Part shown: one piece after another, positions 1 through 14,858 of the stretch | Layout of the letters: every line of letters begins with the position of its first letter | How positions within the stretch are numbered: position 1 is the first letter of the stretch | Source: Amoebidium appalachense | Taxonomy: Eukaryota; Protista; Ichthyosporea | Assembly (NCBI GenBank): GCA_963693365.1 | Contig: CAVNZM010000009.1 | Span: 8,289,408-8,353,407 of the forward strand | Direction: 5' to 3' | DNA length: 64,000 nt | The notes under the pieces: generated by a model | The model's input: only the letters and a program-made list of their open reading frames with translations | Databases searched by the model: none | What the model was told of the DNA's origin: nothing | Made by a program: the position numbers and the translations under genes

Positions 1-19
1 GAACTTCGGTTTTTGCTAA

Positions 20-215
20 TGAGTCAGATCTGTGTACATGCAGGTGGCGACCTGTGCCTACATTTGGGAACACCCAAAAGGTCATGAGGAGGGCTGTGAG
101 TAAGCGTTTTGCTTTTTCTGTGCAATGAAGGTCGCCCCCTTCGAACATTGCTTAAGTATACATCAATACAACAACTTTTTGGGAGCCGAAGTCTTGAGTC
201 GATGAGAAAAAAATA
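20..215 (-). pseudogene. Decayed coding remnant A (FxGGDL / VATCxYTDL family)
   Basis: Minus-strand translation gives SCCIDVYLS, FEGGDL and AQVATCMYTDLT in shifting frames; homologous to 2745-2985 and 5745-6000. Confidence 0.4.
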
Positions 216-395
216 CATCATTCATGTTTAACTCATAAACGTCGTAAGGTTTTGACGGCTACAATCAATCTAATGACGACACCCACATTATTATCCATGC
301 CCCCCTGCCCTTCCCTTCCTACCTGCCCCCCTTACAACCCTTCACCTCCACGTGCCGTTTATTCCTCCCACCTCCTTCCTCCCATCCCCCCCCTC

Positions 396-426
<31 letters not shown>

Positions 427-643
427 CACCACCACCACAAAAAAAAATATAAAAAAATAAATAAGAGCCGAGAAAGAAATGACTGGAAAACAAAAGAAAG
501 AAAGGACGAAAGAAAGAACAAAAGAGAGTAGGAAACGTCTTTGAATTTTCCACCTGGAGGCTCCTGCCCGCCTGCAGGTGGTTTTTTCCTCAGTCTTCTG
601 CTGTTTCTCGAGTCGGACTTTGGGGCCTTCCCTCCAACACCTT

Positions 644-676
<33 letters not shown>

Positions 677-693
677 CTGGGGGTGGCTGGGAG

Positions 694-1040
694 GGGCCCA
701 CGACCAGAACGCGGCTGGCGGTGGCACGCGAATTTTATGTGCGGTATGTGATGACGGACACTGAGCTTGAGTTCGCACGGGACATGGTCATATACGAGCT
801 GGCCGACCGGTTGAAAGGTGTCGAGGAGACGCTCACCAAGGTCGGGCGCATCGACGTGCTCGGACCACCAGATCGTCCAGGTCGAGCAGCTGGCGGACTG
901 GAAGATGGCCATGGCGAACGTGCTGGCCAACCACCACTTCCACCCCGACAAGGAAATGCGCGTGCACCTGTTCACCCACGGCCGCCCCGTGCCCGCCGAA
1001 ACCATCGACCACGCCATGAAGATCATGGACAAGCACGAGC
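694..1040 (+). pseudogene. Frameshifted fragment resembling the PD-(D/E)XK-type nuclease domain of large DNA virus/phage proteins
   Basis: GC3-rich coding-like patch between poly-C tracts: ...ELADRLKGVEETLTKVGRIDVL, frameshift near 860, then DHQIVQVEQLADWKMAMANVLANHHFHPDKEMRVHLF. Fits, from memory, the pattern EVxTxxGxIDxLT...IIEVK...WKxAxGQVLxY...YPxKxxRIHLF. Confidence 0.55.
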
Positions 1041-1173
1041 CCCCCTTCCGTCCCCCCTCCCTCCTCTCCACCCCCCTTGCCCCCCCCCCCCCCCCCCCCC
1101 CCCCCTCCTTTCCCTCAAACCCTGGGCCTTTCCCCCTTTATAATTCGGGTGGGTGGGTTGGGGGGGGGGGGGG

Positions 1174-1220
<47 letters not shown>

Positions 1221-1967
1221 AGGCTGGCTGGGGAGAAGGGGGTCATAAAATGAAAGAAAGACATGTAGTCTGGTGGCAAAGACATGTCCAGGTGATTAGT
1301 TCATCTAACTGCATACCAAAGTTGCTGTATTCAGGCTAATATATCTTAACCTGTTCAGTTCCGTAAATCTCACGAGATCGACATCGAGTTAGCCGGAACC
1401 GACATCAGCAAGTTTTTGCCCTAGTGTGAGCATGAAGTTGTTAAGAACCAGCCAAATAGAAGCTACACGAGAGTAAAATATACAGTTTTCTTTCGTATTA
1501 TGCAAAAAAAACATTCTACTTTATTCTAATAATGATACTTTGTATATGGTGCAACTACGAAGGGTGCTTGCCGGCTTGACGACATCCAAATGCTGTCAAT
1601 GCCAACTTGTGATTGGACCAATATGAAATGGCAAAATATGATTGGTCGGCTCTGTCGACATTTCATGTCAGCTCCAACTTTTCTCCAAAATCTCGAAGGT
1701 GGCTTCAGAAACAGTTACAAAAGTATGCGAATGATATTTTGCCCACACCAGCTTAGAAACATAGGTAGGTAAGACACATACCTGTCGATATTTACAATTT
1801 ATTTGGGGTTTTTATAGTGATTTTGAGCGGCAATAGAGTTGTTTAGGTCCCAACCGGGAGCCGGTAGATTCAATTAGTCCGGTCCTAAGAGGTTAAAGGA
1901 CCCCATTCCTACACCGATATTTAACTGCGGTTATCACCAACGTAACGTCCAAGTTTTGGGCACCCAA

Positions 1968-2000
<33 letters not shown>

Positions 2001-2373
2001 AAAAAAAGACCCCCCCCCCCACCCCCCCCCCCCCCCCCCCCCAAAAAAAAGACCCCCCTCCCCCCTCCCCCTCCTCCGGAAGGAGAGGGGAGGGGGGGGG
2101 GGGGGGCTGTAAGGAATACAATATACAAACTTGAGGGAAAGTAAAGCGGCACAATATAAGAACTTGAACATGAGAGGCCATACTCTAGGAACCTGAGAAT
2201 TGTAATCGGGGCAGAAAGCGGAAAAGCCAGAAACCCCCCCCCCCCCCCCCCCAGCTGTTTTCTGTTCACCGCCTTGCCAAAGAAAAACACAATGGTTATT
2301 TTCGTTAACTCCCTCCTTCCCTCCCTCCCTCCATCTCTCCCTCTACCTCCCCCCCCCCCCCCCCCCCCCCCCC

Positions 2374-2475
<102 letters not shown>

Positions 2476-2744
2476 TTTCTCTCTCTCTGTCCACATCTCT
2501 CTTTCCTTTTATGTTTCATTTTTTTGTTCTTGTTGTTGTTGGGGTTTTTTTTCCGGGGGGGGGGGGGGGGCTGGCTGGCTTATGGAACTGTGAAGGACAT
2601 TGTGGGACAAGGATGGGGGGGGGGGGGGGGGGGGGGGTCCAGTGTAGAAAAAGGTTTTTTCCCTTCTTCTTGTGATTTTGTAGTTTAAGCTGTTTCGAGT
2701 GATTTTGGTCCCACAAAATATTGGAACTACAGCCTTCTCCTAAT

Positions 2745-2985
2745 GTCGTTAGATCTGTATATGTGCAGTTGGCGACCTTTTCGCACTTAAAATTGCATGT
2801 GTGAATGCCCGTGCATTCGAGCTCAGCCTGTGTACAAAAGTAACAAACCCTTTGATTCACAGAGAGTTTGCGTACTGCGGCTCTGTACAACCAGGTCGCC
2901 CCCCACGAACGTTGCTGTAGTAGATAATGATGCAACACTAGCTGGCAGCTCAAGTGCAATGACAGACTCATTGAGAAATACCCAG
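2745..2985 (-). pseudogene. Decayed coding remnant B (same family)
   Basis: CCIIIYYS, FVGGDLVV and EKVANCTYTDLT, with stops and frameshifts. Confidence 0.4.
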
Positions 2986-4005
2986 CAGCTGTGGATACAG
3001 TTTATTTGTGTGTAGTATAGTAAATCAATTTGGCGACGCTCAGTTTGAAGTGACAGCTTGCTTCCCTTTCCTTTATCCCCCCCCCTCCTCATACACCCCT
3101 TTGCCTCCCAATGTCGTCCCCCTCCCCCCTCTCCCCATCCACCCCTCCTCCCCTCCCATCAGCCTGGCTTCCCTCTCCCACTCCTCCATCGTCCCTCCTC
3201 CCTCCTCCCCCCATCCCCCCCCCCCTCCCCGCCCCAACCCGACCCCCCCCCCCCCCCCCCCTCCCCCCCCCCCCCCCCCCCTTCCTCCTACAAAACAGGC
3301 ACAAGTGCACACAAACCATCTACTCGCAGCCCCGTTCCACTGCTCCCTCTCGTTTTCCCTGCTCCTCACTTACCCCTCATTCCCTCATCCCCTCCCTTGC
3401 ATATACCCCTTAATTTCTCTCCTTTTCTTCCACTTTCCCACCCTCCCCCCAACTCCCCCCCCCTCCCCCTCCCCGGGCCCCCTCCTCCCCCCTTCCCCTC
3501 CCCCCCCCCTCCCCCCCTCTCTTCCTATCCCCCCCACAGAACACTAACAGAACGGGTGGAGATTGGGGGGGGGGGGGGGGGGGGGGGGGAGGGGAGGAAT
3601 AAAGCCCTTTCCCCCACCCAAAACACACATTATAGCGAATCACACACATGCAGCCCCAATGTCTTACTGTTGCTGTGCATGTGGTGTGTGTGTGTCTGTC
3701 TAATGTATATGTGAATATATGTGTACACGTGCGGGTGCAAGTGCGTTTATGTATCTCATGTGCATGTTGGAGCTTCAGTGTAAGAGTGAAGATGTTGCAT
3801 CAACTTCTACTCACTCGAGGAGTCAGTGGCCAGATCTTTCACCACTCAAATTTCATGGAGAAGACTAAATCTTGATTGCGATAAAAACAAGGCGAGCACG
3901 GAAAACCTGAACGAATTTCAAACTACAGCACCAGCTGTGTAGTCCTCGGTAGTTTAAGGTGTGCTCGAAAGAATCATTGTCATTCCACGTTTTTCGGAAC
4001 CCCCG

Positions 4006-4046
<41 letters not shown>

Positions 4047-4279
4047 TGACCTCCCCCTCACTCTTCCTTACTATCCTCCTTCCTTCAGCACACGAATCCA
4101 CGAATGCAAGCAGCGTTAGCCACATTCTTAGTGAGATGAGTGTGTGTGCAATGGTTTGGCCACCCTGTGTGTTAACTCGCTCATTTTGTGGGTGCATTAA
4201 TGTGATTCACATGTACAAGGTGATTGTGTGAGCGGGTGATTGGCTATGGTGGCTAAGGGCGAAATGGGTGAGTTGATTA

Positions 4280-4353
<74 letters not shown>

Positions 4354-4466
4354 TGTGTACATATGCTGTGCTTGTGCGACGGTGCGTGCACCTGTGCATC
4401 CACTTGTGCCGGTGTGCTTGCGTGTGCGTGTAAAAAAGCAGTGTGTTTGTGTGTCCCTGTGGGTGT

Positions 4467-4510
<44 letters not shown>

Positions 4511-5080
4511 CTATATGTGTGTGTATGCGTGTGTGTTTATGCCTGTGTGCATGTGCGTGTGAGTGTGTGTACGTGACGCATGTGTGTGTGTGTGAGCGTG
4601 CGAACATGTGTGTTTCTTGGCTTCTTCGCTTTACGCAGATTTTTTGTGGGCCGCACAGTGTCCCATCTGTTTTTTTTCGAGTCAGCTACATGCTTGATTG
4701 TGTCTGCAAGTTCGAAGGAGTGAAAAAGTCTCTGCATATGATCCATACCTTGCCGCTATGTAGTTGGGTGGAAGTTCTGGTGGCCTTGCACAAGGACACA
4801 GCCTCACGTGCGTGGTGCACGAACATCCCTCCCCCCCCCCCCCCTCTCTCTCTCTTAACCCGTGGGAGAAGAAACTCCCTCTCCCTCACTCCCTCCCTTC
4901 CCCCCTCAATCTCCACCCCTCTCTCGCTCTCTCCTTCTCACTCTTTCCTCCCCCCCCTCCCCCCCCCCCCCCCCCCCATCTCTCTCTCCCTGTCCCTCTC
5001 TCCGTCGCCCCCCCCCTCCCCCCCCCCCCCCCCATCTCTCTCTCTCCCTCTTTCGCGCGCTTGCGTGCTCACACACACAG

Positions 5081-5330
<250 letters not shown>

Positions 5331-5379
5331 CCCCCCCCTCCCCCCCCCCCCCCCCCCCCCCTTTCTCTTGTGTGTGTGT

Positions 5380-5411
<32 letters not shown>

Positions 5412-5509
5412 AAGTGAGACGGGAAAGGAAAGGGAGCTGCTCGACAAGATCTGTGGATGCATTAAAAAGACCCAAAACGGCTTACTCTCCCACATCCCCT
5501 CAATTACAG

Positions 5510-5549
<40 letters not shown>

Positions 5550-5744
5550 GCCGCCGAGGCATTATACCGCTCCTTGGGGGACGACCACACACTCACCCTG
5601 CCCATGAAAGGTTCCTAATCGGCTTTTCCATGGAGCACATAAAGCCTCAAAGGAGACTGACGGTAGCTGTGGATTCATATTCGGACCGTATTTCATAGAT
5701 TCGACCCCACATTCAAGTTCTCGAATTTTTGGGTTTGACAAGGA

Positions 5745-6000
5745 GCAAGATCCGTGTGCATGCATATGATGCATATGGCCAACTGCATGCAGGTGGCCAC
5801 CTGTGCGCACTGCATGTGGTGTGGGAAACCCCTTGTGCAGTTCTGAAAACTCTGTTCAGATGCCAGTGGATGTGAGTTTGTGTCCTGCGGCTCTGAGCAT
5901 GTGCTACCAAGGTCGCCCCTAACAAACCTGCTGAAGCATATGGCAATATAAATGCCATTTGAAACCGTCGTGGCAGCCATGGACTTCATTGAGAAACGTT
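5745..6000 (-). pseudogene. Decayed coding remnant C (same family)
   Basis: IYIAICFSRFVRGDLG...AQVATCM...HTDLA within ORF 5693-5989. Confidence 0.4.
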
Positions 6001-6221
6001 TTCGTCATGTATTTTTAATTCATACTCTGTATATAACTCAGCGCCAAGGTTATGTTTATCTACGTCAATCAACTTTGAATAAGGATTGATAAATAGTTTG
6101 ATAACTTTTAAAATCACGTATGACCCCATCTTTTTTCATTTGTTCCTGCCCCCCCCCCCCCCCCCCCCCCCCCCTTCTCCCCCTCCCCCCCCCTTCAGGT
6201 GCCCCAAATCTTTCCAACCCA

Positions 6222-6345
6222 CCCCTTCCCTTCACATCACAGAAAGCAAGCACACAAACAAACCATCGATTAGCAACCACATAAGGCTTTGTTCGTTTCG
6301 TTTTCTTAGCATAACCCGCCTACCTCCCCGGCCTCCCCTCACCCG

Positions 6346-6402
<57 letters not shown>

Positions 6403-6408
6403 CCCCCT

Positions 6409-6439
<31 letters not shown>

Positions 6440-6575
6440 GGAGGGGCCCCACCTCTTCCAACTCACCCCTTCCCTTCACATCACAGAAAACGAGCACACA
6501 AACAAACCATCGACTAGCAACCGCATTCCCTTGGTTAATTTCGTTTTCTTAGCTTCCCGCCTACCTCTCCTCCCC
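6222..6575 (+). repeat. Imperfect ~100-bp direct duplication separated by a poly-C tract
   Basis: CCCTTCCCTTCACATCACAGAAA..AGCACACAAACAAACCATCGA.TAGCAACC at about 6222 and about 6467. Confidence 0.8.
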
Positions 6576-7675
6576 TCACCCTGTCCCTGCTGTAGAAAGA
6601 CCCCTGCAGCTCCCAATGTTGTCCCCCCTCTTTTCCCTCCCTCTCTCCCTCTCCCCACAAACTCACACACTGACATAAACGCACACAAACAAGCCGTCAT
6701 CTAGCAACCCTCTTTCCAGGTCTCTCTCAATTTCCTATCAATTAAACCTGTTTCTGAAAAAAGTTGAGTGTGGCCCATAACCTTTACAACTACGCGAGCA
6801 TTGGCTAACGTTGTGAACGGCTGAGATATGTGGTGACTCTGTTTATTTATGTGCACATGTGTTTGCAAGTAAGCGTATTTGCGTGGAAACTCGTGTGTTT
6901 GTGTTGAAGTTTTTGTGTTTAACGTCGTGTGCGCATGTTTGGCTATGCACAGGTACTATATCAAGCCGTTCTTATTTTTCAAACACTTCAGCATGAGCAT
7001 TTACATATACATATTTAAGAAATTTCATGTCCTGTGCTCTAGATCAAACTTCGAAGCTACAGTATTTCAATGCTCAGCGAAACTTAAGGTCTGGACGCGT
7101 GCACACATGTGCACAGACACACAAGCACGCACAACATACCCTCGAAGTATGGGCCGACATCCTACACAGAGGAACACACCTACTGTGCCACACATGCACA
7201 CACACAATTTTTTCCGCAACATAATGTCCGAAAGCTCGAAAGTAATTTAAATGCCAAGTATGCTGGTGTGCAACAGCCATATCCCAAGGAGCACGGATGT
7301 GTGCCTTACTAGCGTCTACCATCTTCCAGCAAATTGTTTGTGGGTGACACATTGTACAGGTGTACAACCTCGAAATTGCATTGTATCAATGCACTGTTAA
7401 AAGGGGTTGGTCACCCAGCTGGGGAACTGCCTCAATGTACCGTAACTACTACTAATAATCTTGGGAGGCGTGATTGTGGGAAATGCAGAATGTCATTTCG
7501 TCGGGAAGCTTTTCTCTCGTCTTGACTAGATTTCCATATGTCTAAACAAAGGCTTAATTCAGCACACAGCATGATGATGTGACATCGGTTGGTTTTTATG
7601 TGACTTGGTGTTTGCTTTTTTTTTTTTTTTTTTTTTGCTATTCCTTTTTTGCCCGTCCGCTTCGATGACTTATTG

Positions 7676-7755
<80 letters not shown>

Positions 7756-8342
7756 AAAAAAAAAAAAAAGAAGAAGAAGAAGAAGAAGAAGAATAAGAAT
7801 AAGAAGAAAAGGAAGAAAGAAAAAAGAAAAAGAAAAAGAAAAAGGAAAAATAATAGAAGAAGGAAAAGGGAAAATTTTGAGAAAGGGAGGGAATATAAAC
7901 CGAAGTCTTTTCATGTTGCAAGGGGGAGGAAGGGGGGAGGGGGAGGGGGGGGGGGGGAGGAGGAGGAGGAGGGGGGGGGGGGGGGGGGGGGCTGTAAGGA
8001 TTTGGTCTACAAACTTGTGCAAAAGCTGAGCATCTTAAGGAGCCATCATCTAAGAACTCGAGCATAATCCAATGGGCAGAAAATGGATTCCTGCCTTCCA
8101 TTCCTCCTTCCTTTTGCACACTCGAATTCACGTCTGCATCCTAAACCCATCTTGTGTGTTTTAAAGTAGGGTGAGTGCGTACAACGGTCACCTGCACTGT
8201 GTGTGAAACCCACTCATTCTGTGGTTGCATTAGTGTTACTCACATGGTAAGTTTGGGAGCTGGTGGTTTGATCTAAGTAAGTGCAAATTTCAATGAGTGA
8301 GTGAAGTTGTGTGTGTGAGTGAGTGAGTGAGTGGGTGTGTGC

Positions 8343-8373
<31 letters not shown>

Positions 8374-8609
8374 TGTGTGTGTGCGCGCGCGCACGCGCAT
8401 GTGTGTCGCATTGTATAGTACTGTTTTTCTTGTATATTTTGAACAATGTCCACACTACCTTCCTAGGCTGGATACCTATCCCATAGTACGTGTTTGATAT
8501 TACTTTTTATTATTAATATTAGTGTATTAATGTGTATGGGTGTTGATTTGGTATGCACAAGAGGAGAGTCAGGGCATTGGTCCACCAACACAGTAGTACA
8601 CACTTGCTA

Positions 8610-8648
<39 letters not shown>

Positions 8649-8820
8649 CCACACACCCACACACACCTACCCACCCACGCACACACAAACACACACACAC
8701 ACACACAAGGCACATACGTGACAGGCATACTGCACATCTCAATACACACACACACTGCACACACAGAAAAATGCCGAAATTCCAAACTCCACCCAAATTT
8801 GCACTGCCACGGGTCCCATA

Positions 8821-8871
8821 CTAACACGTACTGACGTGTGCCGCACGTGCGACGTTTTTACATCTACTTTT

Positions 8872-8913
<42 letters not shown>

Positions 8914-8937
8914 AGACACCGCCTCAGTAGGTGGTAG
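8821..8937. mobile_element. MITE, copy 1 (~117 bp)
   Basis: Imperfect TIR CTAACACGTACTGA / TCAGTAGGTGGTAG (12 of 14); target duplication GGTCCCATA at 8812-8820 and 8938-8946; second copy at 49104. Confidence 0.8.
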
Positions 8938-10730
8938 GGTCCCATACAACACACAAGCCTTAGTCTTGCTGCTCTCGCGTTCGGGCGGCGGGCGCACAGA
9001 CACATGCATGCACGCATGTGCAGACAATTTGGACGATGTATTCGCGGACTGGCATCCGCGCAGGTATATAAAGCAGCCGGACCATCCTCAGATGGTACCG
9101 GAGGATCCGAGATCTCAAACCACTTCCTGCGAACCTCTCTACTCTCGATCCGCTATGTAGAAGTGATTGTCTCTTACAGAGGTTACAGGACCGAATCCTG
9201 CCTCTGCATGCATCCACATTTATTCTGATACATGTCGAAACGATGTTAAGAAATGTAGGCATTTTGGGTGGTTTAGAATGTCATTGCTTAGCTTTGAGTG
9301 GCGGAACAACCAACCAATGATCACCCACAACGTCTTTGTTGGTTCGTGGAGCATTTAAGGCCGCTTGTTAAGGGCCGAGATTAAGAAAATTCCATTGAGG
9401 TGGGGACAGGGAACGATAAGCCTTCAGGCAAAGGGCCGGGAGGGGGATGCTGGATGGGAAGATGATGGAGGGGTGGGGGGCGGGGGATTGGGATTCATGA
9501 TCAGAAATGGCGAATCAATGCCGGTATGGAGGAAGGAGGAAGAGCGATGATCTGGGAGTCACGGAAATGTTTGAACATTGTTGGCCCCCCCCCCCCCCCC
9601 CCCCCCCCCCAGGAAATCAGGGTAGGAAATTGGGGATTGGGGGGATGGGGGGATGGAGGAAGAGAGGAGGGCGATGATGTGGCATAAGAAGGTTGAACTT
9701 TAAATATTGGGCTGGGGAAGGGGAGGGAGGGGGAGGGATGGAGAGATGGGGACGAATAATGTGTGCGCGTGTGTCACAGTGTGTGTGTGTGTGTGTGGGA
9801 GGGGGGGGGGAGGGGGGGGGAGGGGGAGGGGGAGGGCTCTCCCCCCCCCCAACGGAGGTGACGTGGGGTAGGAAGTTATGATATTTGGCCCCGAGGGGGG
9901 GGGGGGGGGGGCCGGGAGAGGGGGGGGGGGGGGGGGGGAGGGGGGAGGGGGGGCCGGGGCCGGGGGAAAGGCAGGCCCGGAGGAGAAGGGGATGGAAAGA
10001 GTTATGCGTATAGTATGGGTGGAAGTCCCCCCCTCCCCCCCCTCTCTCCCCCCCCCTCCCCCCCCCCCCCCCCCCCCCCCCGCCCCCCCCCTCACACCCA
10101 CCCACCCTCACACCCGGGTAAGGCCTTCTTTCCGATACTCGCGATCGATTATTATAGCCATTGCACTCTATAGTTTCTGCTGCATTCTTTCAACGGAGTA
10201 TGATTCTGGAATTGAGGTACTTTTCAGGAAAAGCTTCAACGGTAAGACCTAAGGCATGGATTCCTCTATCAATGTTTACTACCAGGTAGATAGATTGTAA
10301 TATTTTCCGCGGTGTGAGGCGTGCAGGGGGGCCCCCGGAGGGGGTGGGTGGGGGGGGGGGGGGGGAGAAGGGGAGGGGGGGGGGGGGGGGGGGGGGGACT
10401 ACGGAAGGAAAGAGAGAGAGCAAGAGAGAGAGGGAGAGAGGGAGGGAGAGAGAGAGAGACAGACACTGAGAGAGAGAGCCTCGGGGGGGGGGGGGGGGGG
10501 GGGGAGGGGGAGGGGGGGGGGGGGGGGGAGAGAGAGAGGGAGCTCAGAGAGAGGGAGATGGGGAGAGGGAGAGGGAGAGGGAGAGGGAGGGGGAGAGGGA
10601 GAGGGAGAGGGAGAGGGAGAGGGAGAGGGAGAGGGAGAGGGAGAGGGAGAAGGAGAGAGAGAGGGAGCTCGAGAGGGAGAGGGAGAGGAAGAGGGAGAGA
10701 GGGGGGGGGGGGGGGAGGGAGAGGGCGGGG

Positions 10731-10763
<33 letters not shown>

Positions 10764-13227
10764 AGGGAGAGAGAGAGGGGGGGGGGGGGGGGGAGAGAGA
10801 GAGAGAGAGGGGGGGGGGGGGGGGGGGGGGGGGGGGCTTCATTCGATATCCCGTCGTGGCCGAGTCGGCACCGGGTCACCGGATCAGCTGAGCCTCGAGT
10901 TCGAATAGGAGGACAAAAAGAGAGAAAGGGGAAGAAGAACGCCCTTCTAATAGATTTCAAGTAAGACCGTGTAAATCTACTATAGATACTATAATAAGTG
11001 TTACTGATACTGGATGATTATACTGTTCAATAGCTGTGACAGTACCGTAGTAACAGACAAAGTCGGACACAGGGCTGGAAATTACATTTTAGAATTACTG
11101 TATTTTGACCGTCACCTGGCGGTTCGCCACCTATTTTGGCCGGAGATATTTACTTGTTTATTTACTTTCATATATTTATCCTATCTATGTATACCTATCC
11201 GGCGCCCGGGCGGCCTTCGCCCCCCCGGACCCCTCGTGCTTTTATAAACGAAATATCATAATCCTCTGATCCTGCCGTTGAGGTAGTAAACATTTAGCCT
11301 GGGAGTTATTTTCCTACTTTTATGTGCATTGTGTGTGATTCTTAGCGTGTTTTTCTACTCACTCTCAAGCTGCACCGGTCCCGTCTTTTGAGCTCCAATA
11401 GAAGTTATCTCTAAAAATTTATAAATGGAATTAATATCATAGGATACCTAGCCCAGAACACATATAAAGTTAGATATTAGTTGGATATACATGATTACAT
11501 CTTGCAAAAGTTCCGTCCAGCAGTCGATGGTCATGAGATATATGATGATGCCGCGATGATATACCCTTCTACGATATCGATTTTGAGAATCCTGAGTGTT
11601 TACCAGAGGAAAAAAACGACTGTTTTTACTGCATGGGCGTGCATGCTTCGAGTGGGGGGTGGGAGGGGGGCAGGGGAAGGGGGAAACACTCCAAGGCCGC
11701 TTTATATTTACTTCCTCCACCTCAAACTCAGGTGGAAGTAATTCCCAGCCTTTACTGCACTTTTTAATGTTCTAAGTTAGAAAACGGAACCACCCACCAG
11801 CGGCAGTCACACGAGTTAAGACTATTTCGGTGATCCTCCTAGATGTTAGGGGTGCTCTAACTGCAATCCGTCGCATTCCAAATGCGCCAAGACCAACACC
11901 AGCGCAAGATTTTCCACCACTCATGGAAGGCTTTGACCGAGGCGGACAAGTGCGGCTGCAGTGAGCACAAAAGCTTATGAGAAAGCAACAACAGGCTTGT
12001 ATCAAGAATTAAGTATTGTTAAATAGGATATTTAGAGCTCTAAAAGTACCAAGGCCAATACTGTGATGCTAATAAGCTTCTTGTAATTATTTTCAGCCAA
12101 AATCATATAGTCACCGTGGAGTACAATGATTCAGCCAATCATAACTGATGCTGCGTCTGGTTGGGGCGTGTAAGCCTACACCAATCACACCTTCAATTCA
12201 CAAACAGAAGTTGTGTGGCCCATGAGTAAGGGACTCCATCCTCACACATATTTCGAGCTGTATACTTGTTCAAAATGCTGTTTCTTTCTCAATTTAACCT
12301 TTCAAAGCTCAAATAACGGTGAAACGAGCGGCTTCTTCCTGGGCGTTGAATTATTCTCCCACCATCAACAAGAGTCTGCATCTCAAGTATGTGCACGCGA
12401 CTGCGCGAGACCGTGAACATGCGAGTATAGGCGACAACCAATTGAAATGGTTATATTAATTCTGTTAAATTTAACGCACACAATATGCCAGGTATAAAAG
12501 ACGGACGCCTCTTTCAGATCGCTGTGCTGCCAAGTTCATGCCATGCTCGAATCTTGGGAGGTGGAACAAGAAGCGCATTTTTTCTTCTCGTTTCTTATCG
12601 GTACCTGCCAATAACTTATGAAGTGTAAAGAAGAAAGGTGACAGAGAGAATTAATATGCTGTTATCACATAAACGTTTGGCTGCAGTTTTCGTTCGTCAA
12701 GCGCCTATTTTTATGGCCTCGTCGCGATAACTTATTCTCGCTCAAAAAGTGTGGCATCAGCGTGAATTTTATCTCAGAGCTTATGCCACTCTAAAACACC
12801 CTTAACAACAGAGCCATTACCTTTCTAAAGATATTTTTCACGGAAAATAGATAATATTGTTTGAGTTTGCTGGTTGCCTCTACTCTAAGTAGCAGTAAGT
12901 CTACTTCTTCCACCTTCAAATTTGGATTTCACACGTATCCTGAAAACCCGCGCCACGCACACATGTGGATACAGAACTCCTCAATCGAACGGAAAGCCTC
13001 TGCGCTTACCAGATAGACCACAGTACTTCTTTGTTAAAGCCTAAGCAAGGGTTATTCTATCAAGCGTGTAGGAAGGGCCTGAAGTAACTGACTTTTTTCA
13101 GTTGCCTGCAAGGTTTAAACGTGATTTCGTCAGTGTTTCTCTCGCTGCACACTGATTGTTTTCTCGTCTGATATGTGACGAGAAAAGCACGAGTATCCAC
13201 CGGAAATTCTTTTGCTAAACCAGAAAA

Positions 13228-14446
13228 ATGGCCGGAGACCAAGTAGCACCAGCTAAGCCCCCACAGCGAACTAACAACACCGCGCACGGTGGGACGGGAA
13301 ATGTCCCTCGAACAGGTCCCAAAAACGGAAATTCGGGCACAAAAACGAAGGGTTCTCCGTCGGAATCCCCAAGTCCGGAACCCCCCGCGCCCGAAAAATG
13401 GTGCCCTGTGTGTGGGGAGTCATATGAGGATGAAACCCCATATATGTTACAGTGCGAGGCGTGCCGTATTTGGACACACATAAAGTGTATAGGTATCGAT
13501 AGACCGAAGTATCGAAAACTCGAGAGGCCGGAGGCGGATGCATTGGAGTTTTTCTGCCCTGAATGCACACAGAAAGGTGAGTTGATCACTTTTTTTTTTT
13601 TTTTTTCTTTTTTTTTTCCTTTTTTTTTTTTGGTTTTTTCTTATCGCGCCTGTGTGTGCTCATGCAAGGCAAGATTTGATATTTTCCTTTGATTGCTTAA
13701 TTTTCTTCTTGCTTCAGCTGACAGAAAAGTGATTTCAAAGGAGTGTTTTTTCTACTTTACTTTCCAGGTTGCTTGCTTTTTCATTTGGGTTGCATCAGAA
13801 TTAGTTCACACATGTGCACGACACCCTATGGTTTACCGTGTTCCATTGAGAATTTACGAGTGTTTCCTGTATTCTCGCAGATAATGTTGTATCTTAAACC
13901 ATCGGTAGCGGTCGCATTAGGTTCTATGATGCCTCTGTACTACATCTGGTGTGAGTTCTCATAATTGTTCTGACGCAGATTTGAAAAAGCGAAAAAAGAA
14001 AAACCAAGACTTGCTTTCATTCGTGGAAGCTGGTAAGGAGAAGACATCAGCATACCATTTTCTGAAGGTCAACAATAAGGTGCGAATCGGACCCCCCTCC
14101 CCCTCTCCCCCCCCCCCCAAAAAAAAACGCCCACCCCCCACCCCCTCCCTCCGTTCTTCTTTATGGGAGCACCACCGGGCATACCCAAACACACGCAGCC
14201 ATCTGCACGTGCTCGAACACACATACACACGGCACAACACATGTGTACACCTCACGAACCACGAAGAGAACCCCCCCCCCCCCCCCCCCCTTCAACCAAG
14301 GGCAACCAATCACTAGGGAGAATGGTGAGGGGGTAACAAGGGGGCCCTGGGAGAGAGGGGGAGGAGGGGTTTACGCATGCAGGCACGTATGCTACACATG
14401 CAAGCTAGCACCGACATATACGCGTCTGTCCGTGCGTGCACACACA

Positions 14447-14507
<61 letters not shown>

Positions 14508-14774
14508 TGCCCCCCCACACACATGTGTCCACATACACACAGGATACACATGCCTACAAACAACACAAACACACATATACACACGAACACACATACAACC
14601 ATGGGCTTACTGCACACACATGCATGCACACATGGCATGGACGCTCGCACAACATATACACACACGGGCATGCGGGTGTGTGTGCACATTATACGGTTCA
14701 GCAATGGATTTTTGTTTCCCCATTCCCTGTCTTGTATCATTCCCAGTATGTTGGTAACCACACACAAACAAGCA

Positions 14775-14858
<84 letters not shown>

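Noticed and set aside
8960-12005. Coding-looking patches near 9020-9160, 11481-11640 and 11775-11960
   Set aside because: Short, interrupted by stops, no recognisable family.
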